Virus record (IMG/VR): IMGVR_UViG_3300030320_000057
DNA: 49,574 nucleotides
Strand: one strand, 5' to 3'
Source of the DNA: a virus
In this document: positions 23,498 to 32,163 of the stretch, piece by piece
Layout of the letters: each line of letters begins with the position of its first letter
Position numbering within the stretch: the stretch's first letter is position 1
The notes under the pieces: generated by a model
Told to the model about the DNA's origin: nothing
The model's database searches: none
What the model saw: only the letters and a program-made list of their open reading frames with translations
Program-made: the position numbers and the translations under genes

Positions 23498-24650
23498 AAA
23501 GCAACTGGAATATCTGCAAAACTGCAACCACCGCTGGAATGTCAAAACGGGCGCTACTGGCAGCGGGAAATCGTTTCTGGATTTCACAGTTACCATTCCA
23601 AAGAGAATTGTAGCAGCAAGAGGCGAGGGACTTTTGGTTCTGCTTGGAAATACCAGGGGGACGCTCGAAAGAAACATCTTGGAGCCTATGCGGCAGTGGT
23701 GGCCTGGGCAGATCGGAATTATCCGTAGCGATAACACTGTGGAACTGTTCGGGAAAAAGGTTTATGCCCTTGGAGCAGACAACAAAAAGCATGTCTCGCG
23801 TATACAGGGCGCAACTTTCGAGTACGTCTACGGCGATGAGGTGACGACTTGGAGCGAGGACGTATTTCAGATGCTTAAAAGCCGCCTGCGCTGTGAGCAC
23901 TCACATTTTGACGGAACCTGCAACCCGGACAACCCGGAGCACTGGTTTAAGAAATTCCTTGACAGCGACGCTGACATATATCAGCAGCCTTATGTGATCG
24001 ACGATGGCGTGCTCCCACCACATGTGGTGGAGGAGCTAAAGAAGGAATACGCCGGGACAGTCTATTATGATCGCTATATTCTTGGGCTGTGGAAACCCGC
24101 AGACGGCCTCGTTTATCCGATGTTTGACATGGACAAGCATGTTATTCGCGGAAACCCTGATGGACCTGGATTATATTATATCGCTATTGACTACGGTACA
24201 ATGAATCCAACGGCGATGGGGCTGTGGCGCGTTTATCGCGGGGAGGCTGTCATGCTGAAGGAGTATTATTACGATGGTCGGGCGAAGAAAAAACAAAAGA
24301 CCGATGAAGAATATTATCAGGACCTGGAGAATTTTGCGGATGGAAAGAAGATCGAACGTGTGATCGTTGACCCTTCTGCGGCAAGTTTCAAGGAGTGCAT
24401 ACATCGGCATGGGAAATTTGCCGTGTGGGATGCGGATAACTCTGTTTTGGATGGAATCCGGCTGACGGCAACTTTGCTGCAAACTGGACGGATCAAGTTT
24501 CACGAGAGCTGCGAGAATACGTTCCAGGAATTTCAATCCTACATGTGGGATGGAGATGCCGGGGAAGACAAAGTCATTAAAGAGTCAGATCACTCAATGG
24601 ACCAGATGCGCTATTTTTGTAACACCATTATGTGGAGAGAGATCGCATGA
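23484..24650 (+). CDS. terL: Terminase large subunit, PBSX/XtmB (Terminase_3) type
   Basis: Walker A GATGSGKS, Walker B-like YVYGDE, and nuclease-region acidic residues (IAIDYG, VIVDPS). Confidence 0.92.
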   Translation: MPLTEKQLEYLQNCNHRWNVKTGATGSGKSFLDFTVTIPKRIVAARGEGLLVLLGNTRGTLERNILEPMRQWWPGQIGIIRSDNTVELFGKKVYALGADNKKHVSRIQGATFEYVYGDEVTTWSEDVFQMLKSRLRCEHSHFDGTCNPDNPEHWFKKFLDSDADIYQQPYVIDDGVLPPHVVEELKKEYAGTVYYDRYILGLWKPADGLVYPMFDMDKHVIRGNPDGPGLYYIAIDYGTMNPTAMGLWRVYRGEAVMLKEYYYDGRAKKKQKTDEEYYQDLENFADGKKIERVIVDPSAASFKECIHRHGKFAVWDADNSVLDGIRLTATLLQTGRIKFHESCENTFQEFQSYMWDGDAGEDKVIKESDHSMDQMRYFCNTIMWREIA

Positions 24651-26029
24651 GTGTTTTTGTCGGCTGGTTGGGCCGCTTGAAAAACTTCATATTTCCGCAG
24701 GCGGTGACTCAGCGGGAGTTTGGCGTTAAGCCTGCCACGGGACAGACAATGGAGCGGAACATCAACCTGTGGTTTGCTATGTATGTCAACCGACCGCCCT
24801 GGGCGGTTCCTCCTGTGGTTCCGATGGGCCTGCCAGCAGCGATCTGTAGAGAGATTGCCCGCCCGACGCTGGCGGAACTCACAGTAAGTATTGCGGGCAG
24901 TGCCAGGGCGGACTATCATAACGAGCAGTTTCAAGCAGCGCAAGAAAGGTTCCTACAGCAGCTTGAGCTTGGGCTTGCAACAGGTGGTATTGCGCTGAAA
25001 CCGTATGTTTATGGGAACCGTATTTTGGTGGACGGAACTAGCGCGGCATCGTTTCAGCCCACAAAATTTGATGCTTCTGGTACCTGTGTTGGAGGCGTGT
25101 TCCGTGAAAAAGCACAAGCCAATGATAAATACTATGTCCGGCTGGAATACCACAACTTAGAGGGTACTACATATACCATCCAGAACAAAGCATACCGCAG
25201 CGACAGCAGCGGTTCCATGGGACCTGCAGCCGCTTTGAATGAGGTTCCGGATTGGGCGGATATCCCGCCAGAAGTCAAGATAGAAAACCTGGAAGGACCG
25301 CTCTTTGCCTATTTTAAGCCCCCGCAGTCAAACAATGTGGACACCGATGATAAAACCGGTGTGTCCGTATATGGAGGGTCCGCGGTAGACCTCATCCAAA
25401 GAGCGGACGAGCAGTGGGATTTGATCCGGTGGGAGTACAAGAGCGGCCAGAGAAAGATATTTATGGACGCTACAGAAACAGTAGCAAGGGACTTCGACAA
25501 ACGCTTGTTTGAGATTGCTCCGTTCTCCAAGGACGGCAAGTTTTTTGAACAGTTTGAACCCTCTTTTCGGGACGAACCGCTTTATCGAGGGCTACAAAAT
25601 ATTCTGAAACAAATTGAGTTCCAGGTTGGCCTCTCTTATGGCACGCTGTCAGACCCACAAAGTGTTGAAAAGACGGCGACAGAGGTTCGCAACAGCAAAC
25701 AGCGGATGTTTATCACTATCGATAGCATTCAAAAAGCGTTACAGCATACCTTTGACAGCCTGATCTATGCCATGGACGTGTATGCTACACTGTACAATCT
25801 GGCGCCTGCTGGAGGCTATGAAGTCACCTATTCTTGGGGAGACAGCGTTCTTGATGACGCTGACGCAAAGGAAAAGGAGCGGGCTAACGACCGGCAGGAC
25901 GTCTCCATGGGTGTGATGAATGATTGGGAATACCGGGCAAAATGGTATGGAGAGGACGAGGCCACAGCCAAGAAAATGCTGCCGAAAATGGAGGACATGA
26001 CGAACGAAGGAGAGAATGAGATTGAATGA
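24647..26029 (+). CDS. Portal protein (SPP1 Gp6-like)
   Basis: ATGA overlap with terL. About 460 aa, in the position and of the size typical of a portal protein. Confidence 0.88.
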   Translation: MSVFVGWLGRLKNFIFPQAVTQREFGVKPATGQTMERNINLWFAMYVNRPPWAVPPVVPMGLPAAICREIARPTLAELTVSIAGSARADYHNEQFQAAQERFLQQLELGLATGGIALKPYVYGNRILVDGTSAASFQPTKFDASGTCVGGVFREKAQANDKYYVRLEYHNLEGTTYTIQNKAYRSDSSGSMGPAAALNEVPDWADIPPEVKIENLEGPLFAYFKPPQSNNVDTDDKTGVSVYGGSAVDLIQRADEQWDLIRWEYKSGQRKIFMDATETVARDFDKRLFEIAPFSKDGKFFEQFEPSFRDEPLYRGLQNILKQIEFQVGLSYGTLSDPQSVEKTATEVRNSKQRMFITIDSIQKALQHTFDSLIYAMDVYATLYNLAPAGGYEVTYSWGDSVLDDADAKEKERANDRQDVSMGVMNDWEYRAKWYGEDEATAKKMLPKMEDMTNEGENEIE

Positions 26030-26811
26030 GATACCCGTTTTCTCCAGAAGTTTTGGATGCGCTTCCGGAAGAATTAGCGGAGTTGTTCCGAAGCCTGGAA
26101 GAGACGCTCCTTGATGAAATATGCTCTCGGCTGAAACTGGACGGAGAACTGAATGAGGTCACGGTGCAGGATATCCGGGCTCTGCGGTCACATGGAATTG
26201 GCCTAAAAGAGATAGAGAGGGCCATCCAGCGAACGGCCAATATCAGCGAGCAACGGCTCAATAGGCTGCTGGAGGACGTGGTGGAACGTAACCAGCGGTA
26301 TTACAAAGAGGTCATAGACCTTGCGGGGATGACGGCTCCTGAGACATTGGTAAGTGCTATGGATATTGCCGCGATTACGGCGCAGGCACAGAGAGAGGTC
26401 AGCAACCTGACCCGATCCATGGGCTTTCTGGTGGACAGTGGGCGGACGATGCTGGCACCAGCCCGTGCTTATCAATGGGCGCTGGATAACGCGGAGATGC
26501 AGGTTATGAGCGGAGCAGTCAGCTATAACCAAGCTATTAGAAATACTGTTAAGCAGCTTGCAGACAGCGGCATCAAGATCGTGGCTTATGAGAGCGGACA
26601 CCGAGACCAAATCGACGTAGCAGCCCGCCGAGCAGTGATGACGGGCGTCTCCCAGCTCTGCCAAAAATATGCGGAACAATCAATGGAATATTTGAATACA
26701 AATTTAGTTGAAGTTTCGGCCCATATAGGTGCACGGGATGTTGACGGGCCTATGGGGTGGGAAAACCATAAAAAATGGCAGGGAAAAATCTTCAAGTGGG
26801 AGAAAAAGTAA
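26026..26811 (+). CDS. Head-morphogenesis/minor capsid protein (MuF / Phage_min_cap2-like), N-terminal fragment
   Basis: Ends ...SAHIGARDVDGPMGWENHKKWQGKIF-KWEKK*. The conserved continuation (YPDF..GYG..NCRH) resumes at 27540 after the HEG insertion. Confidence 0.85.
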   Translation: MRYPFSPEVLDALPEELAELFRSLEETLLDEICSRLKLDGELNEVTVQDIRALRSHGIGLKEIERAIQRTANISEQRLNRLLEDVVERNQRYYKEVIDLAGMTAPETLVSAMDIAAITAQAQREVSNLTRSMGFLVDSGRTMLAPARAYQWALDNAEMQVMSGAVSYNQAIRNTVKQLADSGIKIVAYESGHRDQIDVAARRAVMTGVSQLCQKYAEQSMEYLNTNLVEVSAHIGARDVDGPMGWENHKKWQGKIFKWEKK

Positions 26812-27548
26812 CACCGGCGATTACTCGCCGATGTTAAACCCCCAATATTTCAGCTCGGCGGCCCTTCTTGCCGCCGCCGCATCTTCGAGTGTATAAAAAG
26901 TGCCAAGGTTTATTTTCCCTTGGTCAGTCGCTATTGATGCCCGATAGACAATAACACCGTCTTTCCTTAGACGTTCATATACTCCAGCAACGCCGGTTGT
27001 ATTATTTTTCCTCGCTTTTCTGTTTTTCGAATTTTTCTTGTGGGTTGCCCATCGACAGTTCTCAGGAGAATATTCTTTATCTCCATCTATCCTATCAATC
27101 TCTAATCCATCTTTATATCCGCTTCTTATTGCCCAATCAACAAAAACATCAAAATCCTCCCACTCTGAGCAATAAGAAATGCCCTTTCCCTTATAGTACG
27201 CTTTGTTTGTTGCGTTTCCGTTACATCTTCGCCGCATTTCTGACCATGTATGGTACAAGCGGTTTGTATGTCGACGCAAAAAAAGAGGGGACTTGTTTTT
27301 ATTACACTTTCCACAAAACGTACTTTTGCCTGAACGCAGAGCATCTCCAGATACATCCCGTTCAACGCCACAGTCACATTTACATCTCCACATAACTGGA
27401 CGATTTCCGGGGGCAGATGATCGGAACAGAACAGTCCAATTCCCGAAATGCTTACCAGATAAATCAATAAGTTTGTTTGCCAAAGTATCATCTCCTATGT
27501 GGCCTATTATACCATGAAATCAGATAAAAAGCGATATAAAAATATATT
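26794..27548 (-). mobile_element. Free-standing homing-endonuclease cassette inserted in the minor capsid gene (approximate boundaries)
   Basis: AT-rich block carrying the HNH-AP2 ORF on the opposite strand. The host reading frame is interrupted after WQGKIF and resumes at SLAPYGG. Confidence 0.7.
26821..27483 (-). CDS. HNH homing endonuclease with AP2 DNA-binding domain
   Basis: HNH_3-like LEIDRIDGDKEYSPENCRWATHKKNSKN. AP2-like GVAGVYERLRKDGVIVYRASI...LGTFYTLEDAAAARRAAELKYWG. Confidence 0.9.
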   Translation of the reverse strand: MANKLIDLSGKHFGNWTVLFRSSAPGNRPVMWRCKCDCGVERDVSGDALRSGKSTFCGKCNKNKSPLFLRRHTNRLYHTWSEMRRRCNGNATNKAYYKGKGISYCSEWEDFDVFVDWAIRSGYKDGLEIDRIDGDKEYSPENCRWATHKKNSKNRKARKNNTTGVAGVYERLRKDGVIVYRASIATDQGKINLGTFYTLEDAAAARRAAELKYWGFNIGE

Positions 27549-27659
27549 TCACTTGCGCCGTATGGGGGGGTGATATGGATGGCAGATTATCCTGATTTTG
27601 CTGAAACGTGCGGGTATGGCTCTGTAACTGGAATACTTGGAGCTAACTGCCGCCATTAG
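27540..27659 (+). pseudogene. Middle fragment of the split minor capsid gene, ending at an in-frame TAG
   Basis: Frame reads ...SLAPYGGVIWMADYPDFAETCGYGSVTGILGANCRH-TAG-HSFHPF. The TAG (27657-27659) sits inside the conserved NCRHSF motif. A possible ATG lies at 27579. Confidence 0.7.
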
Positions 27660-27686
27660 CACAGCTTTCACCCATTTGTAGACGGC

Positions 27687-28373
27687 GTGATGGAGCGGAC
27701 GTATACCGACAAAGAACTGGAACACATTGACGACGGGCATGATGTGGAGTTTGAGGGCAAACGTTATACAGCTTATGAAGCTACACAAAAGCAACGCCAG
27801 ATCGAGCGGACCATCCGCAAGCTGAAGCGGGAACAGACTGCATATAAGGCGGCAGGGCTTGAAGAGGACGCCCAGACGGTGACAGCCCGCATCCGGCGTC
27901 TGAACAAGGAATACAGAGATTTTAGCGAAGCTGCGGGTTTGCCATTGCAGCGGGAAAGGATGCAGGTTACCTATACGGATATTGAATCCGAACAAACCGC
28001 CTCGGCACTCAAAGTGCAGCGTGATGCAGAAGCGCCAATCAGGCAGGCGATCCGCAACGGTGAATATCCATTAGAGATCAATCCGGAGAAACAGGCGCGG
28101 CATATGGCCGGCACTGCTACACCGGGCAGAAGCGTGATAACGGTTTCTGTGGAGGAGTTGCAAGCGATCATAAACGCGAAGGCAGGTAGCGGAAAAATCA
28201 ATCTTACAGATGATTTTACAAAGTGGAAAAACACAGAAATTATTGATGCCGGAAAAGAAATTGGCTATACAGTTAACAGAAACGGTGATATAATAATTGC
28301 AAGAAGTATCAAAATCCATTACAGCAAAAGCGGTACGCATGGTGTTCCGTTTTCAGGGGGGTGGAAAAAATGA
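27687..28373 (+). CDS. Minor capsid protein C-terminal fragment with toxin-like C-terminal domain
   Basis: In the same frame as 27540-27659. ERTYTDKEL...GKRYTAYEATQKQRQIERTIRKLKRE is the conserved family region. The C-terminus EKQARHMAGT...GKEIGYTV...IKIHYSKSGTHGVPF resembles MuF-linked toxin modules. Confidence 0.8.
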   Translation: MMERTYTDKELEHIDDGHDVEFEGKRYTAYEATQKQRQIERTIRKLKREQTAYKAAGLEEDAQTVTARIRRLNKEYRDFSEAAGLPLQRERMQVTYTDIESEQTASALKVQRDAEAPIRQAIRNGEYPLEINPEKQARHMAGTATPGRSVITVSVEELQAIINAKAGSGKINLTDDFTKWKNTEIIDAGKEIGYTVNRNGDIIIARSIKIHYSKSGTHGVPFSGGWKK

Positions 28374-28579
28374 TAATTAACGATCCCACGATTTACTTTG
28401 GGAAGAAAATTAAAGTTTTTTCCACAAGTGGACGTGTAACGACCGGGGAACTCTATGGGTATGACTACGATTTTGATGATGATGGAAATGAATTTCTGGA
28501 GTTCGATGTGGAGAATGAACACGGCTTGTTGATTGGATTTACGGAGGACGAGATTGAGCGCATCGAGATTATTGGATGA
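28370..28579 (+). CDS. Small acidic protein, candidate immunity protein
   Basis: ATGA overlap with the toxin-like gene. 69 aa, Asp/Glu-rich. Confidence 0.6.
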   Translation: MIINDPTIYFGKKIKVFSTSGRVTTGELYGYDYDFDDDGNEFLEFDVENEHGLLIGFTEDEIERIEIIG

Positions 28580-28727
28580 AAAAACAAACAAAGAAACTAT
28601 TAAAGCGTGGGCCATAATTGGGGCCATTCTTGACCGCGGGAATGACGCGATTATTCGAAAAAAAGAAAGTGGATTTCTCATCATCGAGGAAAAGAAAAAA
28701 ACAGTATATCGCTCCCCCGACCGATAG
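28572..28727 (+). CDS. Small basic hypothetical protein (TTG start, uncertain)
   Basis: Part of ORF 28533-28727. Weak RBS. Confidence 0.3.
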   Translation: MDEKTNKETIKAWAIIGAILDRGNDAIIRKKESGFLIIEEKKKTVYRSPDR

Positions 28728-28747
28728 GGGCCGGGGAAGGACCGTTG

Positions 28748-28787
28748 GGGTCAACTACCGAGGATTTCTCGGTGGTTGACCCTTTTT
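28748..28787 (+). terminator. Rho-independent terminator
   Basis: 15-bp stem gggtcaactaccgag/ctcggtggttgaccc with a 5-nt loop, then T5. Confidence 0.85.
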
Positions 28788-28913
28788 CTTTTGACCGACC
28801 CGAAGTCGCTAAACTACGGGAGATTCAATTAAATTTGGCTATCCGCAAGCCTAAAAGTGCGGGGCGGTGGGTCACGGCAACGACCTAAAAAGCCTAGCCG
28901 CAAAGGAGAACGC

Positions 28914-29507
28914 ATGAAAACAGAAGAACTGCTTGAAATTGGACTGACAGAGGAACAAGCGACAAAAGTTTTGGCGATCAACGGGAAAGACATTGAACGA
29001 TACAAAAAGGCGGCAGATACAGCAAAGGCGGACCTTGAAGCGTCTCAGGAACAACTTTCACAGAGAGATGCGGATATTGAGAAGTTAAAAAAATCTGCCG
29101 GTGATGTGGATGGCATCAAGCAGCAGTTAGCTGACCTGCAGGCCAAGTACACCACGGAGACAGAGCAGTATCAGAAGCAGATTGCAGATCGTGACTATGC
29201 AGATGCTGTCAATCATGCGATTGCCGACAAGGGTGTAAAGTTCAGTTCTAAAGCCGCGGAAAAGGCGTTTGTTGCGGACCTTACCGCCAACCGCCTAACG
29301 CTCAAAAACGGGGCTCTGGAAGGGTTTGAAGATTACCTGAAGGCGCAGCAAGATAGCGACCCAGCTGCGTTCCAGGGGGACAAGCCTGCCCCGTCGTTTG
29401 CAAAGCCTGTTGGCCCTGGCGGGCCTCCTGCTCACGAGAGCAAAGGAGCCATGTACGCCAAGCAGTTCAATCAAATGTACGCAACCCAAAATACTACGAA
29501 GGAGTGA
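28914..29507 (+). CDS. Scaffolding protein (Phage_GP20-like)
   Basis: Coiled-coil, Ala/Lys/Glu/Gln-rich. Lies between the morphogenesis and capsid genes. AAAGGAGAA RBS. Confidence 0.85.
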   Translation: MKTEELLEIGLTEEQATKVLAINGKDIERYKKAADTAKADLEASQEQLSQRDADIEKLKKSAGDVDGIKQQLADLQAKYTTETEQYQKQIADRDYADAVNHAIADKGVKFSSKAAEKAFVADLTANRLTLKNGALEGFEDYLKAQQDSDPAAFQGDKPAPSFAKPVGPGGPPAHESKGAMYAKQFNQMYATQNTTKE

Positions 29508-29512
29508 AACGA

Positions 29513-30076
29513 ATGTCTCATTTTTACAGAGTGAATGGCACTTTTCGGCCGAACTTCCTGGAAAGCGAGGTTGGGCTTGTCCTGAAAACCTATCAGATTC
29601 CAGCTTCTATGGGCGTGGCGGATGAGTATGGAAACAAAATCGTTGCCGCCGGAACTGTGTTCCCGTCCAATGATGGGAGCGCCGCGGGTATCGTTTTTGA
29701 CGATGTGGATGTCACCCACGGCGACCACGAAGGGAGCGTCATGCTGGCTGGCCGTGTTCTGAAAGAACGCCTGAATATCCAGAGCGCCGCCGAGACACCG
29801 CTGAAAGCGGCTGGGATTGTGTTTGTGGATGCGCCCGAAGTTACCAGGGGATATTGCCTGACCTATGAAAAGGACGATGGTACAGGCACGCCTCCGGTTG
29901 ATACCCATGAATACCAGGAGGGCAGCTATGCTCCTGTATCAACCGATTATCCGCTGACTAAAGCGAGCAATACACAAACCGGATGGGCGCTCTCCAGCGG
30001 CGGGCCTGCGGTTACATCGGTCAAGATGACCAAGGATGCAAAACTCTATCCCGTCTGGACTTCCGCAGGCGTCTAA
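29513..30076 (+). CDS. Putative head decoration protein with C-terminal Listeria-Bacteroides repeat (Flg_new)-like domain
   Basis: Lies between the scaffold and MCP genes. C-terminus YCLTYEKDDGTGTPPVDTHEYQEGSYAPV...TGWALSS...DAKLYPVW matches the repeat pattern. Confidence 0.7.
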   Translation: MSHFYRVNGTFRPNFLESEVGLVLKTYQIPASMGVADEYGNKIVAAGTVFPSNDGSAAGIVFDDVDVTHGDHEGSVMLAGRVLKERLNIQSAAETPLKAAGIVFVDAPEVTRGYCLTYEKDDGTGTPPVDTHEYQEGSYAPVSTDYPLTKASNTQTGWALSSGGPAVTSVKMTKDAKLYPVWTSAGV

Positions 30077-30092
30077 CAAGGAGGATTGACAA

Positions 30093-31136
30093 ATGGCTGA
30101 TATTTTAACTTTGATTTCCGATGCTGAAAGACTGGACTTCTCTCAGAACCTGTCTGTTGCCCGCCCTGCATACCTAGGCGACCGGCTTTTCCCTGATCAG
30201 AAGACCGAAAACCTCAAGGCGGAATATATGCGTCTTGCCAATGGCGCTACCCTGCCTGTGATGGCTACCGTCCACGCCTTTGACACGGAGGCGGAAATCG
30301 GTTCCCGGCCTACCTTTGACAAGATGGAGGTCGAAAAGCTGCTGATCAAGCGCAAGATCAATCAGACCGAGCGCGTGCGGCTCCTGACTGAATCCGGCGT
30401 GTATGGCGATGAGGCTATCGTGCGCTATGTGTTTGATGATATGCGTCTGATGGCGGATGCAGTCAAGGTCCGAACCGAAGTTGCCAAGATGGATGTGCTT
30501 GCCACCGGCAAGATGAACATCAATGAGAATCGCCTTAAGATGACCGTTGATTATAAAGTTCCCAGTGAAAACCTGGCCTTCGATTTGGACATGTCCGCTG
30601 ATGCTGATGTCATTGGTCAGATTCAAGCCATTGTGGACCAAGCCGCTGAGATGGGGTACACCATCAACGAGGCGATTACCTCTAACAAGGTAGTCCGTAA
30701 GTTAGCGACCAACAAGGGCATTCAGACCCTGATCTTTGGTTCTGTTGGACAGGGGACCTATGTTCCCAACGAGCGTCTACGCGGTTTGTTTTCGCAGCTC
30801 TTCGGATTTGGAACCATCACAACCTATGATCTGCGATATAAGACTCAGAAGGCGGACGGCACGGAGGCGACGCATCGCTTCTATCCGGAGGATAAGATCA
30901 CTTTCACCGCAGTTCCGCAGGTGGGTGTGGGCTTGTGGGGCGTGTCTCCAGAAGAGGCGGAGTATGGACAATACAACGAAAAGTCCGCCGATCAGTACAT
31001 CACCATCACCCAATGGGCGACGCCTGACCCTGTGGCGGTGTGGACGAAGGCAACTGGCTTGTTTATCCCGGTCCTTCCTGACCCCAACGGCCTGTTTGTG
31101 GCCTCTGTAAAGCCAGACGCTGCCTCGGGGGGTTAA
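30093..31136 (+). CDS. Major capsid protein (Phage_cap_E type)
   Basis: 347 aa. The N-terminus ...RPAYLGDRLFP and the gene's position are typical of E-like capsid proteins. Confidence 0.9.
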   Translation: MADILTLISDAERLDFSQNLSVARPAYLGDRLFPDQKTENLKAEYMRLANGATLPVMATVHAFDTEAEIGSRPTFDKMEVEKLLIKRKINQTERVRLLTESGVYGDEAIVRYVFDDMRLMADAVKVRTEVAKMDVLATGKMNINENRLKMTVDYKVPSENLAFDLDMSADADVIGQIQAIVDQAAEMGYTINEAITSNKVVRKLATNKGIQTLIFGSVGQGTYVPNERLRGLFSQLFGFGTITTYDLRYKTQKADGTEATHRFYPEDKITFTAVPQVGVGLWGVSPEEAEYGQYNEKSADQYITITQWATPDPVAVWTKATGLFIPVLPDPNGLFVASVKPDAASGG

Positions 31137-31183
31137 ATGAGCTGTTGAGCGCGGCTTCACTCTCCACGCCCGACTTCTCCAGC

Positions 31184-31294
31184 ATGACTCGGGCAGAAAT
31201 GCTTGATTATGCTGTGGAGAACGGCGTGGAGGGTGTCAACAGCTCCATGAAAAAGGCCGATATTTTAGCGGTACTCCGGAGGACGGCGCTATGA
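31184..31294 (+). CDS. Small HeH/Rho-N-like peptide (36 aa)
   Basis: MTRAEMLDYAVENGVEGVNSSMKKADILAVL. The start could be further upstream (TTG at 31145). Confidence 0.5.
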   Translation: MTRAEMLDYAVENGVEGVNSSMKKADILAVLRRTAL

Positions 31295-31713
31295 TTTATG
31301 CGGGTTACGAGTTCTATTCGTATGTGTACTTCGGGAAATCTATTGAGCCATCTGATTTTCCGAGACTCGCGCTTCGGGCAAGCTCCTACCTTGACTGGTG
31401 TACGGCTGGAAGAGCCGCCAAACATGCAGACCTGGAAGCGGTAAAGATGGCGTGCTGCGCCCTTGCTGAGGACTACCAGACGATTGATTCCGCCAGGATG
31501 CTGGCAAACAGGAGCCTATCTTCTGCATCTGGAGACGGCGGAGAGCTGCAAAGTCAGACGGTTGGAAGCTGGTCCAAAACCTATCGTTCCGGAGGGTCAA
31601 GCGCCAAAGACGCGCTGAATGCGGCAGAAAGTGCACAAGGAGTTCTTATGGAGACGGCGAAAATGTATCTTGCTGGAACTGGGCTTTTGAAAGCAAAGGG
31701 GTACTACGCATGA
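31291..31713 (+). CDS. Head-tail connector protein
   Basis: ATGA overlap. Position and size fit a gp6-like connector. Confidence 0.7.
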   Translation: MIYAGYEFYSYVYFGKSIEPSDFPRLALRASSYLDWCTAGRAAKHADLEAVKMACCALAEDYQTIDSARMLANRSLSSASGDGGELQSQTVGSWSKTYRSGGSSAKDALNAAESAQGVLMETAKMYLAGTGLLKAKGYYA

Positions 31714-32162
31714 GCATGTTTCCACATGTTGTTACACTCTATAACACGAAGAGTATAGAGCTGCCGGAAAACAAATTTGAGCCTACTTTGGTCAATCACA
31801 TCACTGTTCTGCGTGGTGTACTCCTGGACGCCTCCAAGGGCGTTAATGTGAACAAGAGCGGCCTGGAAGGGGCGGACGCCGTTACCTTGTATATCCCGGT
31901 CAATGTTGATGCTGTGGATGGCTTAACAGGCAGAAAGAAGCGGTATGTCGGACCAAGAGAATTTTGGAATGCAGATGACAAGACCGGCCTGTGGACGCTC
32001 TCTGTAAGCCGCGACTGCTTTTTCGTTAAAGGGGAGGCCGTACACCCAGATTGGACGGTGCAGACCATCAAAGCGGCATATGATAACGTCTACGATGTGA
32101 GTAAGGTGGACTTCAAGGATTTTGGCGGAGATATGTCACACTTTCAAGTGGGAGGTGCTTGA
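31710..32162 (+). CDS. Head-tail joining / minor capsid family protein
   Basis: ATGA overlap. Conserved position in A118/PBSX-like head-tail modules. Confidence 0.7.
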   Translation: MSMFPHVVTLYNTKSIELPENKFEPTLVNHITVLRGVLLDASKGVNVNKSGLEGADAVTLYIPVNVDAVDGLTGRKKRYVGPREFWNADDKTGLWTLSVSRDCFFVKGEAVHPDWTVQTIKAAYDNVYDVSKVDFKDFGGDMSHFQVGGA

Positions 32163-32163
32163 A

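Noticed and set aside
26794-27548. Group I intron carrying the HNH-AP2 gene.
   Set aside because: The HEG is on the opposite strand. Only about 30 and 65 nt of non-HEG sequence remain, which is too little for a group I catalytic core. This cannot be fully excluded without RT-PCR.
27657-27659. Possibility that the in-frame TAG reflects genome-wide stop-codon recoding served by the phage tRNA-like genes.
   Set aside because: TAG terminates several well-supported genes here (for example at 10953, 13754, 14352, 20952, 21168 and 28725). Neither tRNA-like element has a CUA anticodon.
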